Shown here in pieces: positions 8,793 through 19,500 of a stretch of DNA of 64,000 nucleotides. The translations under genes and the position numbers were made by a program. Origin of the DNA: a virus; the IMG/VR virus record IMGVR_UViG_3300047284_000378, one strand, 5' to 3'. The notes below the pieces were generated by a model. The model ran no database searches and was not told the origin of the DNA. It saw nothing but the letters and a program-made list of their open reading frames with translations. Within the stretch, counting starts at the first letter, position 1. Every line of letters starts with the position of its first letter.

Positions 8793-8804
8793 CGATGTTA
8801 TACT
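8776..8804 (+). promoter_or_regulatory. sigma70 promoter
   Basis: TTGACA(8776-8781)-17nt-TG.TATACT(8799-8804), 6 nt before ATG 8811. Confidence 0.75.
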
Positions 8805-8810
8805 TGTAGT

Positions 8811-9038
8811 ATGAAATTTACTACACATCAAAGTCAAATTCGTACAATCAAACAAGATGATTCTCGTTTTCGTATTGTTGACAAGTTTACAACCTGTGGT
8901 AGAGCAGGTTTTGAAATTTCTCAACAATGTCCTCGAGAATACAAGTTGATTCTCTCTGAATGTATAGATCGTGGATGGATACAACCTGTGGCATACATGA
9001 CTGAACGAGAACTTCTTATTTCAGGACTGAGCCGTTGA
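8811..9038 (+). CDS. Hypothetical protein
   Basis: ORF directly after promoter. Confidence 0.65.
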   Translation: MKFTTHQSQIRTIKQDDSRFRIVDKFTTCGRAGFEISQQCPREYKLILSECIDRGWIQPVAYMTERELLISGLSR

Positions 9039-9039
9039 T

Positions 9040-9225
9040 ATGGACATTCCCTATACTGACCAAGAATGCCGAGAGAAACTAAAAGACCTTTACGAAGGTC
9101 GTACATTGGTTATACCGGCCGACATTGACCATGCTTATCAAATGATGAATCTATCAATGATGTATATCAGAGACAACCAACAACGAATAATGAGTTATTT
9201 AAAACAGGATACTGTAAATGGTTAA
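9040..9225 (+). CDS. Hypothetical protein
   Basis: ORF track; fills the operon. Confidence 0.55.
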   Translation: MDIPYTDQECREKLKDLYEGRTLVIPADIDHAYQMMNLSMMYIRDNQQRIMSYLKQDTVNG

Positions 9226-10276
9226 ACGCATAGGCTTTGCCTGCAAATGGATAGATCATCCTGGCCAGGTAGATGGTATCAAACCCAAGGATGACTGTAA
9301 GAAATATAATACAGGCAGTACCACCGTGGCTTGGTTAAATAGACAAACCAAGGATGTGGCTGTTGAAAAACTATGGTCACTGATGCAACAGAATATCGAA
9401 GCATCTCGACTCCTTGTAGAACGAGTAGGAGAGTTAGATGAAGATCTTAGAATGGTACGACTCAGCAGCGATATCTTGCCTGTGTACACTGAGCCAACTT
9501 GGTCTTGGTATTGGCGGACTTCCGATGTCCGAGCCTATTGCGAAAGAGAGTTTAAGCGTATCGGAGATGCAGCTCGTTCGCAGGGTGTTCGCCTTAGCTT
9601 CCATCCTGGTCAGTTTACTGTTCTTGCATCTGATAATGACGATATTGTAAATCGAAGCATTGAAGAATTCGAGTATCACGTAGACATGGCTCGTTGGATG
9701 GGCTATGGACAAACATTCCAAGATTTTAAAATTAACGTACACATCGCAGGTAGACGAGGCCCCGATGGTATACGTGCTGTCTTGAACAGATTAACTCCCG
9801 AAGCTCGTAACACACTCACAATCGAAAATGAAGAAATTACACACAATCTTGACACCTGTTTGGAACTTGCCGACGTTGTTCCAATCGTACTTGACATCCA
9901 TCATCACTGGATCAATAGTGGCGAATATATTAGGCCTAGTGATGACCGTGTTAAAAAGGTTATTGATAGTTGGCGCGGTGTTCGCCCTACTTGCCATTAT
10001 AGTGTTTCACGGGAAGAGTATTTTGATGACCATTCCAGATACATCAGCCCCGATCTTCGGACGCTATTAGAATCCGGTCACAAGAAAGCAAAACTCAGAG
10101 CACACTCCGATTACTACTGGAATACCGCAGTTAATGAATGGGCTCTGAGCTTTAGAGAGAACTTCGACATCATGTGCGAGAGCAAGGCTAAAAACTTAGC
10201 CTCCTTCGCACTTTATGAACAGGCTAAAGGACTTACTCAGCCTTTGGCTTGCGACCGCGAGTCGTTGCTTTCTTAA
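9218..10276 (+). CDS. uvsE: UV damage repair endonuclease (UvsE/UvdE)
   Basis: RLSSDILP, SFHPGQF, NVHIAG, TIENEE, LDIHHHW, RAHSDY, MCESKAK motifs. Confidence 0.9.
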   Translation: MVKRIGFACKWIDHPGQVDGIKPKDDCKKYNTGSTTVAWLNRQTKDVAVEKLWSLMQQNIEASRLLVERVGELDEDLRMVRLSSDILPVYTEPTWSWYWRTSDVRAYCEREFKRIGDAARSQGVRLSFHPGQFTVLASDNDDIVNRSIEEFEYHVDMARWMGYGQTFQDFKINVHIAGRRGPDGIRAVLNRLTPEARNTLTIENEEITHNLDTCLELADVVPIVLDIHHHWINSGEYIRPSDDRVKKVIDSWRGVRPTCHYSVSREEYFDDHSRYISPDLRTLLESGHKKAKLRAHSDYYWNTAVNEWALSFRENFDIMCESKAKNLASFALYEQAKGLTQPLACDRESLLS

Positions 10277-10541
10277 CAGTTTCTTTGGTTTTCTTAGCCG
10301 CAGCCTTGACCTTGGTCTTGGTTTGTTCAACAACGATCTGTGCATCGGCTGCATCAACCTTGCCATCCTTGTTTACGTCTGCGTCTGCCTTGACACCTTC
10401 TACTGCGATTTGAACAGCGGCCTTGGCATCTTGCACATCAACCTTGCCGTCTTGATTAACATCAAAACTTTTGGTGTTGCGATTATAATACCAAATTCCA
10501 CCTACTGCTAAAACGGCGATTGCTAAAAGAAGTAGTTCCAT
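10233..10541 (-). CDS. Membrane-anchored protein with two dockerin/EF-hand-like Ca-binding loops and basic tail
   Basis: N-terminal hydrophobic helix; DVNQDGKVDVQDA and DVNKDGKVDAADA; TAAATA on the minus strand at 10563-10568. Confidence 0.7.
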   Translation of the reverse strand: MELLLLAIAVLAVGGIWYYNRNTKSFDVNQDGKVDVQDAKAAVQIAVEGVKADADVNKDGKVDAADAQIVVEQTKTKVKAAAKKTKETVKKATTRGRKPKAE

Positions 10542-10561
10542 GGGTTTTTTCTCCTTGTAGG

Positions 10562-11092
10562 TTATTTATTAACTGCTGATAGAATAGCGATTTTATGTGC
10601 CCCTTCTGCGGGTGAAATCCTGAAATTCGTGATCTTGGGTTCTAGGTCGGCAGCGAACCAACCAGTTTTGTCCGAGTAAAAAGATTCTAAAGTCTCGGTC
10701 ATTTGCTTTTTGACCGCACGGTGCTCCGGACTCTGATCCCAGGAATTTGAAAAGTACTTCTGCTCGACCTCACCGGTGTATTCTTGATTTAGTCTAATAC
10801 AGATAAAATCTGCACGATCTTTGTATTCTTCGAATATCGTATGAATATGTTTGTTGATTTCCCAACCGCTCATTATTAGTACATCGTATTCATCTCGATA
10901 AAATTTGATGTAATCGTTGATATAGGCCATGGTTTTTTGCACAGTGGATTCGTAGAATAAACCCGCATCTTGGACTTTAACTCCAAGAAGTTGTTCGTGT
11001 ATCCTGTATTTGGCATCAGAATATGCCTCGATCAATCGATCTACTACTAGATGTTTTGTTCCAGAATTACCTATAGCAAAAATCACTTTCAT
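10562..11092 (-). CDS. Hypothetical protein, possible degenerate P-loop
   Basis: Start reassigned to MKVIFAIGNSGTK (11092); fills gap between genes. Confidence 0.55.
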   Translation of the reverse strand: MKVIFAIGNSGTKHLVVDRLIEAYSDAKYRIHEQLLGVKVQDAGLFYESTVQKTMAYINDYIKFYRDEYDVLIMSGWEINKHIHTIFEEYKDRADFICIRLNQEYTGEVEQKYFSNSWDQSPEHRAVKKQMTETLESFYSDKTGWFAADLEPKITNFRISPAEGAHKIAILSAVNK

Positions 11093-11147
11093 AAATTTGA
11101 TCTCCTTAACAATAATTATTCCAGATAAAATTGCGATAAATATTTGT

Positions 11148-11705
11148 ATGCCCTTACATTTTATTAAATCTCTAACAGAAGCCGCGGACAAGCGAGAACT
11201 ATATCAAGACAAGCTCAAATTTGCCAAAGACGAGCTAGAACCTGTGATGAGCGAAGCTACTATCAAGTATCATTATGACGGACTCGCTGCCAAGTATTCT
11301 GAACGATATAACAAAGGAGAAGGTGATCCCGACTTTAACTACGGCGGCGCGATCTTACACAACCTGTTCTTTGCTAATCTTACCCCACCTAGAGCAGCTA
11401 ATAAACCAGAGGGAATCAGTAAAACTCTAATAGAAGAAAAGTATGATAGTTTTGATAAGTTTAAAGAAGCTGTTGAAAAAGAGTTCATGGCCGCTCAAGG
11501 ATCCAATTGGATCTATATGGATACCCTCGGCGCACTGCACACGATACATAATCACGAATATAAAAAGACCATGAAGATTGCACTGTTGATAGATGCTTGG
11601 GAACACTCTTGGTTTACAGATTACGGCCCCGATAAGGCAAAATATCTATCTAACATCTGGCGAATTATTGACTGGGATGTAGTTAATATTAGATTAGCAA
11701 CTTGA
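11148..11705 (+). CDS. sod: Fe/Mn superoxide dismutase
   Basis: Four metal ligands present (KYHY, ILHNLFF, DAWEHSW); late promoter TAAATA 11137-11142. Confidence 0.9.
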   Translation: MPLHFIKSLTEAADKRELYQDKLKFAKDELEPVMSEATIKYHYDGLAAKYSERYNKGEGDPDFNYGGAILHNLFFANLTPPRAANKPEGISKTLIEEKYDSFDKFKEAVEKEFMAAQGSNWIYMDTLGALHTIHNHEYKKTMKIALLIDAWEHSWFTDYGPDKAKYLSNIWRIIDWDVVNIRLAT

Positions 11706-11735
11706 GATAAATACTCGTGGGAACACACGAGTACT

Positions 11736-12368
11736 ATGAAAAATTACAGAAAATTATACGAGAAATATCATAACTGTTGTCTATTACCCGGAATAGACAT
11801 TCATCATATCGACGGAAATCACGATAATAATTCTATTGAAAATTTAAAAGCAGTTTCATTAGAAGAACATTACAACATACATAAATCTCAAAATGAATTT
11901 TATGCTGCCTACTTAATAGGCAAAAGAATGAAAATAAAGCCTTCCGATTGGAAAATAATGGCTCGAATAAACGGTTCTAAATCCGGTAAATCTAATTACG
12001 ATAAAGGTATAGGATTAAAAGGTTGGGTTGATTCTTTAAGTGAAGAGGAATTTAAAAAACATTGTTCCGAGTCTGGGAAATTAGGAGGACTCAAATCTTT
12101 AGAAAATTCTTTAGGATTCCATTCTGCAGACAAAGAACAAAAGAAAGAATGGGCATCAAAAGCAGGAAAGGCATCGCCAGGTTTTAAATTAGGACACGCT
12201 TCCCAGGCTGGAAAGGTTGGTGGGAAGAAGGGCGGTAAATATGCTAAAGAGAATAGAACTGGGATATTTGCATTAAGTCCAGAACAAGATAGATTAAGGA
12301 TACAAAATATGCAGACTACCTGGGCTATAAAATTAGGAAAGGCGTGTGCCTGGCCTAATTCATTATAA
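11736..12368 (+). mobile_element. Free-standing HNH homing endonuclease
   Basis: DIHHIDGNHDNNSIENL...EEHYNIH plus GKxGG repeats; visibly AT-rich; own TAAATA at 11708-11713. Confidence 0.8.
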
Positions 12369-12378
12369 GGAGCGTAAC

Positions 12379-12495
12379 ATGTTAGATACATTATTTTGGG
12401 TAGCAGTAGGTGCATTCGTAGGTTGGAATTTTCCGCAGCCGTTTTGGGCTAAGATCATTCAGGAAAAAATCCAAACTATGATCGCTAAAAAATAA
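12379..12495 (+). CDS. 38-aa small membrane protein
   Basis: Not in track (too short): MLDTLFWVAVGAFVGWNFPQPFWAKIIQEKIQTMIAKK with SD AAGGAG. Confidence 0.7.
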   Translation: MLDTLFWVAVGAFVGWNFPQPFWAKIIQEKIQTMIAKK

Positions 12496-12507
12496 AGAGG
12501 AACAGGA

Positions 12508-12909
12508 ATGGCATATTCAGACAAAGTTATTGATCACTACGAGAACCCTCGCAATGTAGGTAGCTTTGCCAAGGACGATCCCGAGGTAGGCACCGGTATG
12601 GTTGGTGCTCCTGCCTGCGGGGATGTAATGAAGCTACAGATTAAAGTCAACGAAGAGGGCATTATCACAGATGCGAAGTTTAAAACTTATGGCTGCGGTT
12701 CGGCGATCGCGTCGAGTTCACTGGCAACGGAATGGCTCAAAGGTAGGAACTTACAGCAGGCACAGGATATCAAGAACTCAGATATCGCCACTGAGCTGGC
12801 TCTTCCTCCGGTTAAAATCCACTGTTCAATCCTTGCGGAAGATGCTATCAAAGCCGCAATAGCAGATTATAAGGCCAAACATGATATCATTGACACCGCT
12901 AGCAGCTGA
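12508..12909 (+). CDS. iscU: Fe-S cluster scaffold IscU
   Basis: GAPACGDVM, GCGSAIASSS, KIHCSILAEDA. Confidence 0.95.
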   Translation: MAYSDKVIDHYENPRNVGSFAKDDPEVGTGMVGAPACGDVMKLQIKVNEEGIITDAKFKTYGCGSAIASSSLATEWLKGRNLQQAQDIKNSDIATELALPPVKIHCSILAEDAIKAAIADYKAKHDIIDTASS

Positions 12910-13201
12910 AAAAGTTCGTGCGAATCTAGAGCGTAGAGGCAGCGGGCATGGTATTAAAGTCGGTATAAAGACTACAGGATGCAGTGGCTTGGCCTATGTA
13001 TTGGAATATGTTGACGATCCTTTAGATGAAGATATGAGCTTTGTCAGCCAAGGTATACACGTATTTGTAGATCCTAGAGCTTTGCCTTACATCAACGGAA
13101 TGACCATGGATTGGATCAAAAATGGTCTTAACGAAGGTTTTGATTTTATCAATCCCAACGAACGAGATCGTTGCGGTTGCGGGGAAAGTTTTAGAATTTA
13201 G
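12881..13201 (+). CDS. iscA: A-type Fe-S carrier IscA
   Basis: TTGCSGLAY and C-terminal CGCGESF. Confidence 0.9.
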   Translation: MISLTPLAAEKVRANLERRGSGHGIKVGIKTTGCSGLAYVLEYVDDPLDEDMSFVSQGIHVFVDPRALPYINGMTMDWIKNGLNEGFDFINPNERDRCGCGESFRI

Positions 13202-13478
13202 AAACTGGTAGCTCTACGCTGGCCGGCATATCCCAAATCTTTTTACGCTCAACTCCTTTGCGCTGAGCGAATCTTTTACTATCACAATCAGAGCAACAGT
13301 GAAAGTAATTGTTACTGAGTCGTTTGCTAGATACCTTTTTTAGTTCTCTTTCAAAATTCTTATCACAGTTATCACATCTAAACACAGCTAGAGTTTTTTT
13401 CCTCGTATAGGTATGTTCAGTACCTAGCTTACTGATCCTAACATATTGACTTTCTTGTGATTTAGTTTTCAAGAACAT
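13191..13478 (-). CDS. Small Cys-rich (CxxC...CCxxC) putative Zn-finger protein
   Basis: CDNC and CCSDC; minus-strand TAAATA at 13483-13488. Confidence 0.65.
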   Translation of the reverse strand: MFLKTKSQESQYVRISKLGTEHTYTRKKTLAVFRCDNCDKNFERELKKVSSKRLSNNYFHCCSDCDSKRFAQRKGVERKKIWDMPASVELPVSKF

Positions 13479-13512
13479 AAGTTATTTACATTAGGCTTAT
13501 AAAATTTTTAGA

Positions 13513-13518
13513 TAAATA
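13513..13518 (+). promoter_or_regulatory. T4-like late promoter core TAAATA (representative of a recurrent motif)
   Basis: Same hexamer sits in intergenic DNA before genes at 5964, 7440, 11137, 11708, 26457, 35479, 44148, 44529, 48985, 49182, 50725, 53503 (+) and 10563, 13483, 35427 (-); resembles T4 gp55 TATAAATA. Confidence 0.75.
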
Positions 13519-13549
13519 TCATAGAAATCCAATTTAATCAGGATGCACT

Positions 13550-16500
13550 ATGGCACGTAAAATAATTGATATAGGTACAGTTGGTAATGACGGTACCGGT
13601 GATAGTATACGCGATTCGTTTAGAAAAGTAAACGACAACTTCCGTGAGCTTTATAGCTCTCTGGGCTTAGGTGAAAAACTCACCTTCATTAATCTAGATG
13701 ACACTCCGGCAGACTATCTAGGACAAGAAAATGCGATATTATCCGTTAATAACACAGAAACAGGTCTAGCTTTTAAACAGCTAGTTCCGGGTTCGGGTAT
13801 CAGTGTAGACTTTACCACTAATGCTAGTGAAATTAGAATTTCGGCAGAATTCTCTAGAGTATCCGCAGATCCTGCACCTCAGCTAGGCGGGCCATTAAAT
13901 GCATTCAGCGGTGATAATAGATACACCATAGCCAACTTACCGGATTTAACCGATCCCGCTGAATTCACTGCTGCATTCGCTAGAGTTACCAGTATCTACG
14001 GAACTAACAACGATGTAGACGATCCAGGTAGAGTGGCCGTAAACAAGAGATATGCAGACAGCAAAATATCTCTAGCAGGTATTGATGGCATAGATCCGGT
14101 AACAGGTGATCCGACACCTGCATTTGGCCAGATGACTGGACCGTTGATACTTTCCAGAGATCCGATACCAGAAGATGATCTAGTCCATAATGGTCTTGTG
14201 GCTGCTACCAAAAGATATGTAGATAATTCAGCATTTGGTAGCACCGTCAATTTATATGTGGCTACTTCGGGGCAGGACGACAGAGTTGGGGTTAGTGCAG
14301 CCCTACAAGGTCGTGCTCTGGCCTACGCCTATAGGACCATAGAAGCAGCCTGCAAGAGAGCAGAAGAATTAATCTTAGAATCTAGACTTGAAATAGGTCC
14401 TTATAAAAAATTACTGACCTATAACCAAGGCGCTAGCTTCTGTACACTAGCAGGTATCACAGAAGCTCCTGCGTCCGGTGGAGGCTTCCTAGGACACGCC
14501 CTGATGAGCGTTGATACTGTCGCTATTAATAATCTAGGCGTTAACTATAAGATCGGCGATATTTTAACTGTTAGCGGTGGTACTGCTACTCAGCCTGCAA
14601 GATATCAGGTTCTTTCTATTACAGAAGCAGGCGGTATTATTTCTGTATTACAACTCAGCTCAGGTGTGTATACTGCACTCCCCGGTTCAACTAACATCGC
14701 CACTACTGATAACAGTGCCTTTGGTGCTGGTGCTACATTCGATCTAACCTATAAGGTCAACAATGTGATTGTTGATGCAGGAGGTAGCGGCTACGGCCTA
14801 GTTTCTGTAAGAATTATTCCAGCTCCTGGAGATACCACAGGGTCGGGAGCATTCGGTACTGCCGATGTTGTAGGAGGTATAGTTCAGAGTATCACGATTA
14901 CCGATCAAGGATCTAACTTCACTGCCTTACCTTCGGTTATCGTTAATCTGCCAAGATTTTTAATTAGAACTGATTTTTATAGAACTGACTTTACTGGGGA
15001 TGTACTCACTAATACTCCCACTGCTATCAGAGGCAGAGATATCAGAGAAGGTCTATATCTAAGAGGTGAAACATCAGGCGCACTAGCCCAGATTCTAGCA
15101 CACCAAGGTGCTCTAGATTCTGATGGAAATGAGATATTCGATGTTGACATCAAGTATGGTAGTTTCCAAGACGACGAAATCATTTCCTACGGTGATGTCG
15201 CAAGACAAAAACAAATTTCAATTTTGGTAGAATCGGGTATCTATGAAGAAAATCTACCTATAAGAATTCCTGTTAATACCTCTATAGTTGGTGATGAATT
15301 TAGACGAGTAATCATAAGACCGAAGCCAGGAAGAAGCTCAAGTCCATGGGCATTTATACACTTCCGTAGAGATCTAACAGTAGGCGAGGAAAATACCGAC
15401 TTGCTAACAGTAGCAGATAGATTATTCGGATATCACTATCTAACCAACAGTGGTCAACCGGTTTATCCAATAGTCAACAATAAAGGCTATTATAGATCAG
15501 CTGCACAATTATTATTATTAAATCGAGAATTTATACAGAAAGAAGTTATCGGTTGGATCAGCCACCAGGTTCAAAATAACATCGACCCATTCACTAGCTC
15601 ATTTGAATACGATGCTGAGGTCTGTGAAAGAGATGTAGGTCTTATCATAGATTCTATGATATTCGACCTCAGATATGGAGGTTCGAGTAGAACTATTTCT
15701 GCTGCTCTAAAATACTTTGGCAACGCCAGTGGACTAGTGGCTATCAATGATCAACTGTCCGAAACCGTCGCTGGTATCAGAAGGATCAATACTCTAGCAC
15801 AGTTGGTGATTAGAAATGTCGAAGTCACTGAAATATATCAAACAGCAGTTCCGCAGATCGTCGACGGTGCTTATATCTCCGAAGTAGGTGCAGGCGGTAC
15901 ATCTATAAGTATTTCCGGAGTAACTTCAGCAGATCCTGTGGTAGTTACTACCAGTTCTGCGCATGGCCTATCCAACGGTGATCAGATACTGATCAGCGAA
16001 GTCGGCGGTACTACTGCTATAAATGGTAATGATTACTATGTAGAAGTGATTGATTCAACATCAGTTTATCTATACAATGATCTTTCGCTCACTGATGCTG
16101 TAGATGGTACTAATTTTGGTGCATACACCAGTGGTGGTTATATCACAAACAACGGTGGTGTCATCGGTGCTTTGACCGATGTTATCATTGATGTTATCAG
16201 TGGTTCTGTGGCTGTAAATTATCCCAAGAACAACAACGAGATGGATGTATTCTTGTGCAACGATGCTGTGAGATTCCAAGCAGTGACCTTCCAAGGACAC
16301 GGCGGGTTTGCCATGGTACTTGACCCAGAAGGGCAGATCCTAGCTAAATCTCCATATGCCCAAGAATGTGCATCATTCTCTCGAAGCACAGGTAGACAGA
16401 CATTCGCAGGAGGTCAATACGTAGACGGCTTTACTGGTAACCTAAAGTTTAGAATTATCAGCAAAGACTCTAATACATTCTTGAGAGTTGGGGACCTCAT

Positions 16501-19500
16501 GAGGATGCCGCAGTTGCCTGCATCCTTTATCGTTAGAGATACTGTTTACAGAATTAACTATGTGAGAGATTTTGTGTTTAATCCTGCAGGGTCTACTGCC
16601 TCGCTAGTACTAGACGAATCAACTCCGTGGCCATTTGATGTTTTTTCATATGATGACGAAATCTGTAGCAGAGACGTGGGTCTTATCATTGACGGTCTGG
16701 GCTATGATATAGCACTAGGCACCAACTATCATGCTAGAAAGTCGGGTCTGAGTTATAGGCAGGCTAATGCTCATGTGGTTGTTGAGGATCAGCTACAGTT
16801 AACTCTCGATGCTATAGAATTCGCACACACAACCGCATACGAATTATTAGATTCTTATCCCGCAGCTCAATCTGTGGTACAGAGTAGTGAATTAGTTATT
16901 TTGGATATTATCGAAAACGGTACAACATTTGCACCTACGCTGACTTTTACTAATCCTACAGGGTTGTCATCCGATCTAGTCAAGGCAAAAAATCAACTGG
17001 TAAACAATGTCACTTTCATCAAAGACGAAGTGATCGGTTATATAAACTCTACATATCCTTCGTTGGTTTATGATTCTGATAATTTTTCCAGAGATATACA
17101 ATATATCATCGAAGCTTTAATATATGACCTTATCTATGGTGGTAACAGTGAAACAAGAAAATCGGGTTTAAGATACTACGACGGAGTAGGTAATGCAGAG
17201 GTATTACAGATTCCGTCAGGACAGTTACTCGAGACCAGTGCAGGTATCTTATATGCTAGCTATCTAGCACAACAGGTAATACAGAATCTTCCACCTGCTA
17301 CCACTTATTCGTTGACTACTAGAACTACGGGGCCAGCCGCGACGGCAACAGAAGCTACTACTATCAATACATTGTTAGCCAATGTCAATTCTATCCTTTT
17401 AGGAGGCACCAGTGCTGCGGCTGCAGAAGTATTGCCAACTCTAAGTGCATATCCTTATGCGACCAACGATCTTAATGCGAGAACAATTCTAGTAACCGAA
17501 AAAGCTGACATACAACAGGCTGTGATCGACTACGTAGATGAAAATGCCAATGTGTATGAAATATTGATGCCTGGTAATAGATCTATGTTGAGCAACGACT
17601 TTACACAGATCAACGATCTAGGCTATGGTATCGTAGTAAACAACGGCGGACTGGTCGAAGCAGTCTCTATGTTTACGTATTACTGTCATATTTCTTACTA
17701 CTCGATGGGTGGTGGACAGATACGTTCAGTTGCAGGATCAAGCGCCCACGGTAACTATGCCCTTGTGGCGCAAGGCGCTGATCCTCTAGAAGTACCTACC
17801 CCAGTTACATTGTATTATGATCTCGGGCAAGGAATAACCTGTTATTATCCATCAGGAACATTTGCAAATACGCTAGGCGGATTAGTACTATTCGTTACCT
17901 ACGACGATTATGTCCCTCTCGATGTCAGCGAATTAGAAGTAGATCACGGATTAGGACAAATATATAGATATCCTGTAGTATCTGTCAGCACAGCAGACCT
18001 TCCTGCAGGAGTTGCAAGATTAGGACTAAGAAGCAGCGAAGGCACAGGAACAGATGGTCTTGCTGCGGTCATTCCAGACGGAACCAGGATGACTATCAGA
18101 CAGAACGCACAGGTAGTTCTTACCGGTGATGTTGTTGATGTTGCTGTTCGTCCTTCGACGGGCTTGGTGCTAGCCGAAAGTGTAGATGTTTATCGTATCC
18201 TACAGTTTGAAAATTATACAGACCCGAGCGGAGGATATGTCTTTACTATTTCTATTGCGTCACCTGCTGTTATTACCCGAGCCAGTCACGGATTAAAGCC
18301 GGGTTACCAATTTAGCCTATCTACCACAGGAAGTCTTCCTACTGGTGTTGACACTGTCACAGTTTATTACGTGCTATCAGATGAGTTTACTGCTAACTCA
18401 TTTAGGTTTTCAGCAACCAAAAACGGCAGTGCTATTGTAACTTCAGGGTCACAATCCGGAACACATTCTTACCTTGTTGAGGGACTAGCTAGAACCACAT
18501 TGAGAGAAAACTATAACTATGTAGACCTTTCTCTATGGAGCATACAACCTTACAGCAGTTCTTCTCAGGCCTGTACTATTACCATAGCATCGCCTGCTGT
18601 AGTAACTGCCGTGTCCCACGGATTCGTCGTGGGCGATGTTATTAGATTTGAAACTACAGGTTCTTTACCGGGCGGTATTAGTATCAATAAACACTATTTC
18701 GTAACTGCTACGCCTTCTCTAGACACCTTTAGATTTAGCGATGTATCTGGGGTATCTGCTGTGGATCTAGACACATTCGGATCACAAAGCGGCACACATG
18801 TAGTAGGCAAAGTCAAAGGATATATAGGAGACGACACACTAGCTGTTACACCGTTAGGTACAGCAGATAGTGAAAGAGTGTTAGGTACTAAATTTGTGTG
18901 GAAAGGAACCACACACACTATCAGTTCTTATTCAAACGAAACAGTAACCGGCGAACCCTACGGACTTATAACATTTAGTCCTGCACTGGCAGATAGTGCT
19001 GTATATTTTACATATCTTCCTACTTTCAAATCAGCCACACTCAAGCACGAACCGGGCACATTGACTATTCGTATTTCTTTGACTCGTGTAACATCGCACG
19101 ATCTACTAGAGATTGGTACAGGATCTTATGCTGATACCAACTATCCGAATGAAATATATGGGCCGCCCGTTAATTCTATTAACGATGCCAACGAAACTGA
19201 AGAACGCGGAGTAGGACGAGTATTCTATGTTACCACAGATCAATTTGGTAACTTTAGTGTTGGACCATATTTCCGAGTTGACCAAGGTACAGGTACTGTT
19301 ACGTTTGCTGCGGCAATCGCTCTGAGTAACCTAGACGGTATCGGTTTTAAACGTGGCGTACCTGTAAGTGAATTCTCCACAGATACTGGATTCTCGGATA
19401 ATGCTACAGATACTGTGCCGACGGAGAATGCTACTCGAGGTTATTTAGATAGAAGACTGGGTCTTTCGCATACAGGAGATATTATTAGTTCGGGAAGTCT

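Noticed and set aside
10562-11191. Track starts giving long overlaps (11191 minus, 11010 SOD, 7493 QueD, 1328 ThyX, 58431, 62986)
   Set aside because: Downstream starts fit SD or promoter positions and family N-termini and remove implausible overlaps.
12508-13201. Host chromosomal DNA or a chimeric join suggested by isc, clpA, dnaJ and def genes
   Set aside because: These genes are interleaved and translationally coupled with phage genes and share phage promoter motifs; no rRNA, ribosomal-protein or other housekeeping synteny is present.
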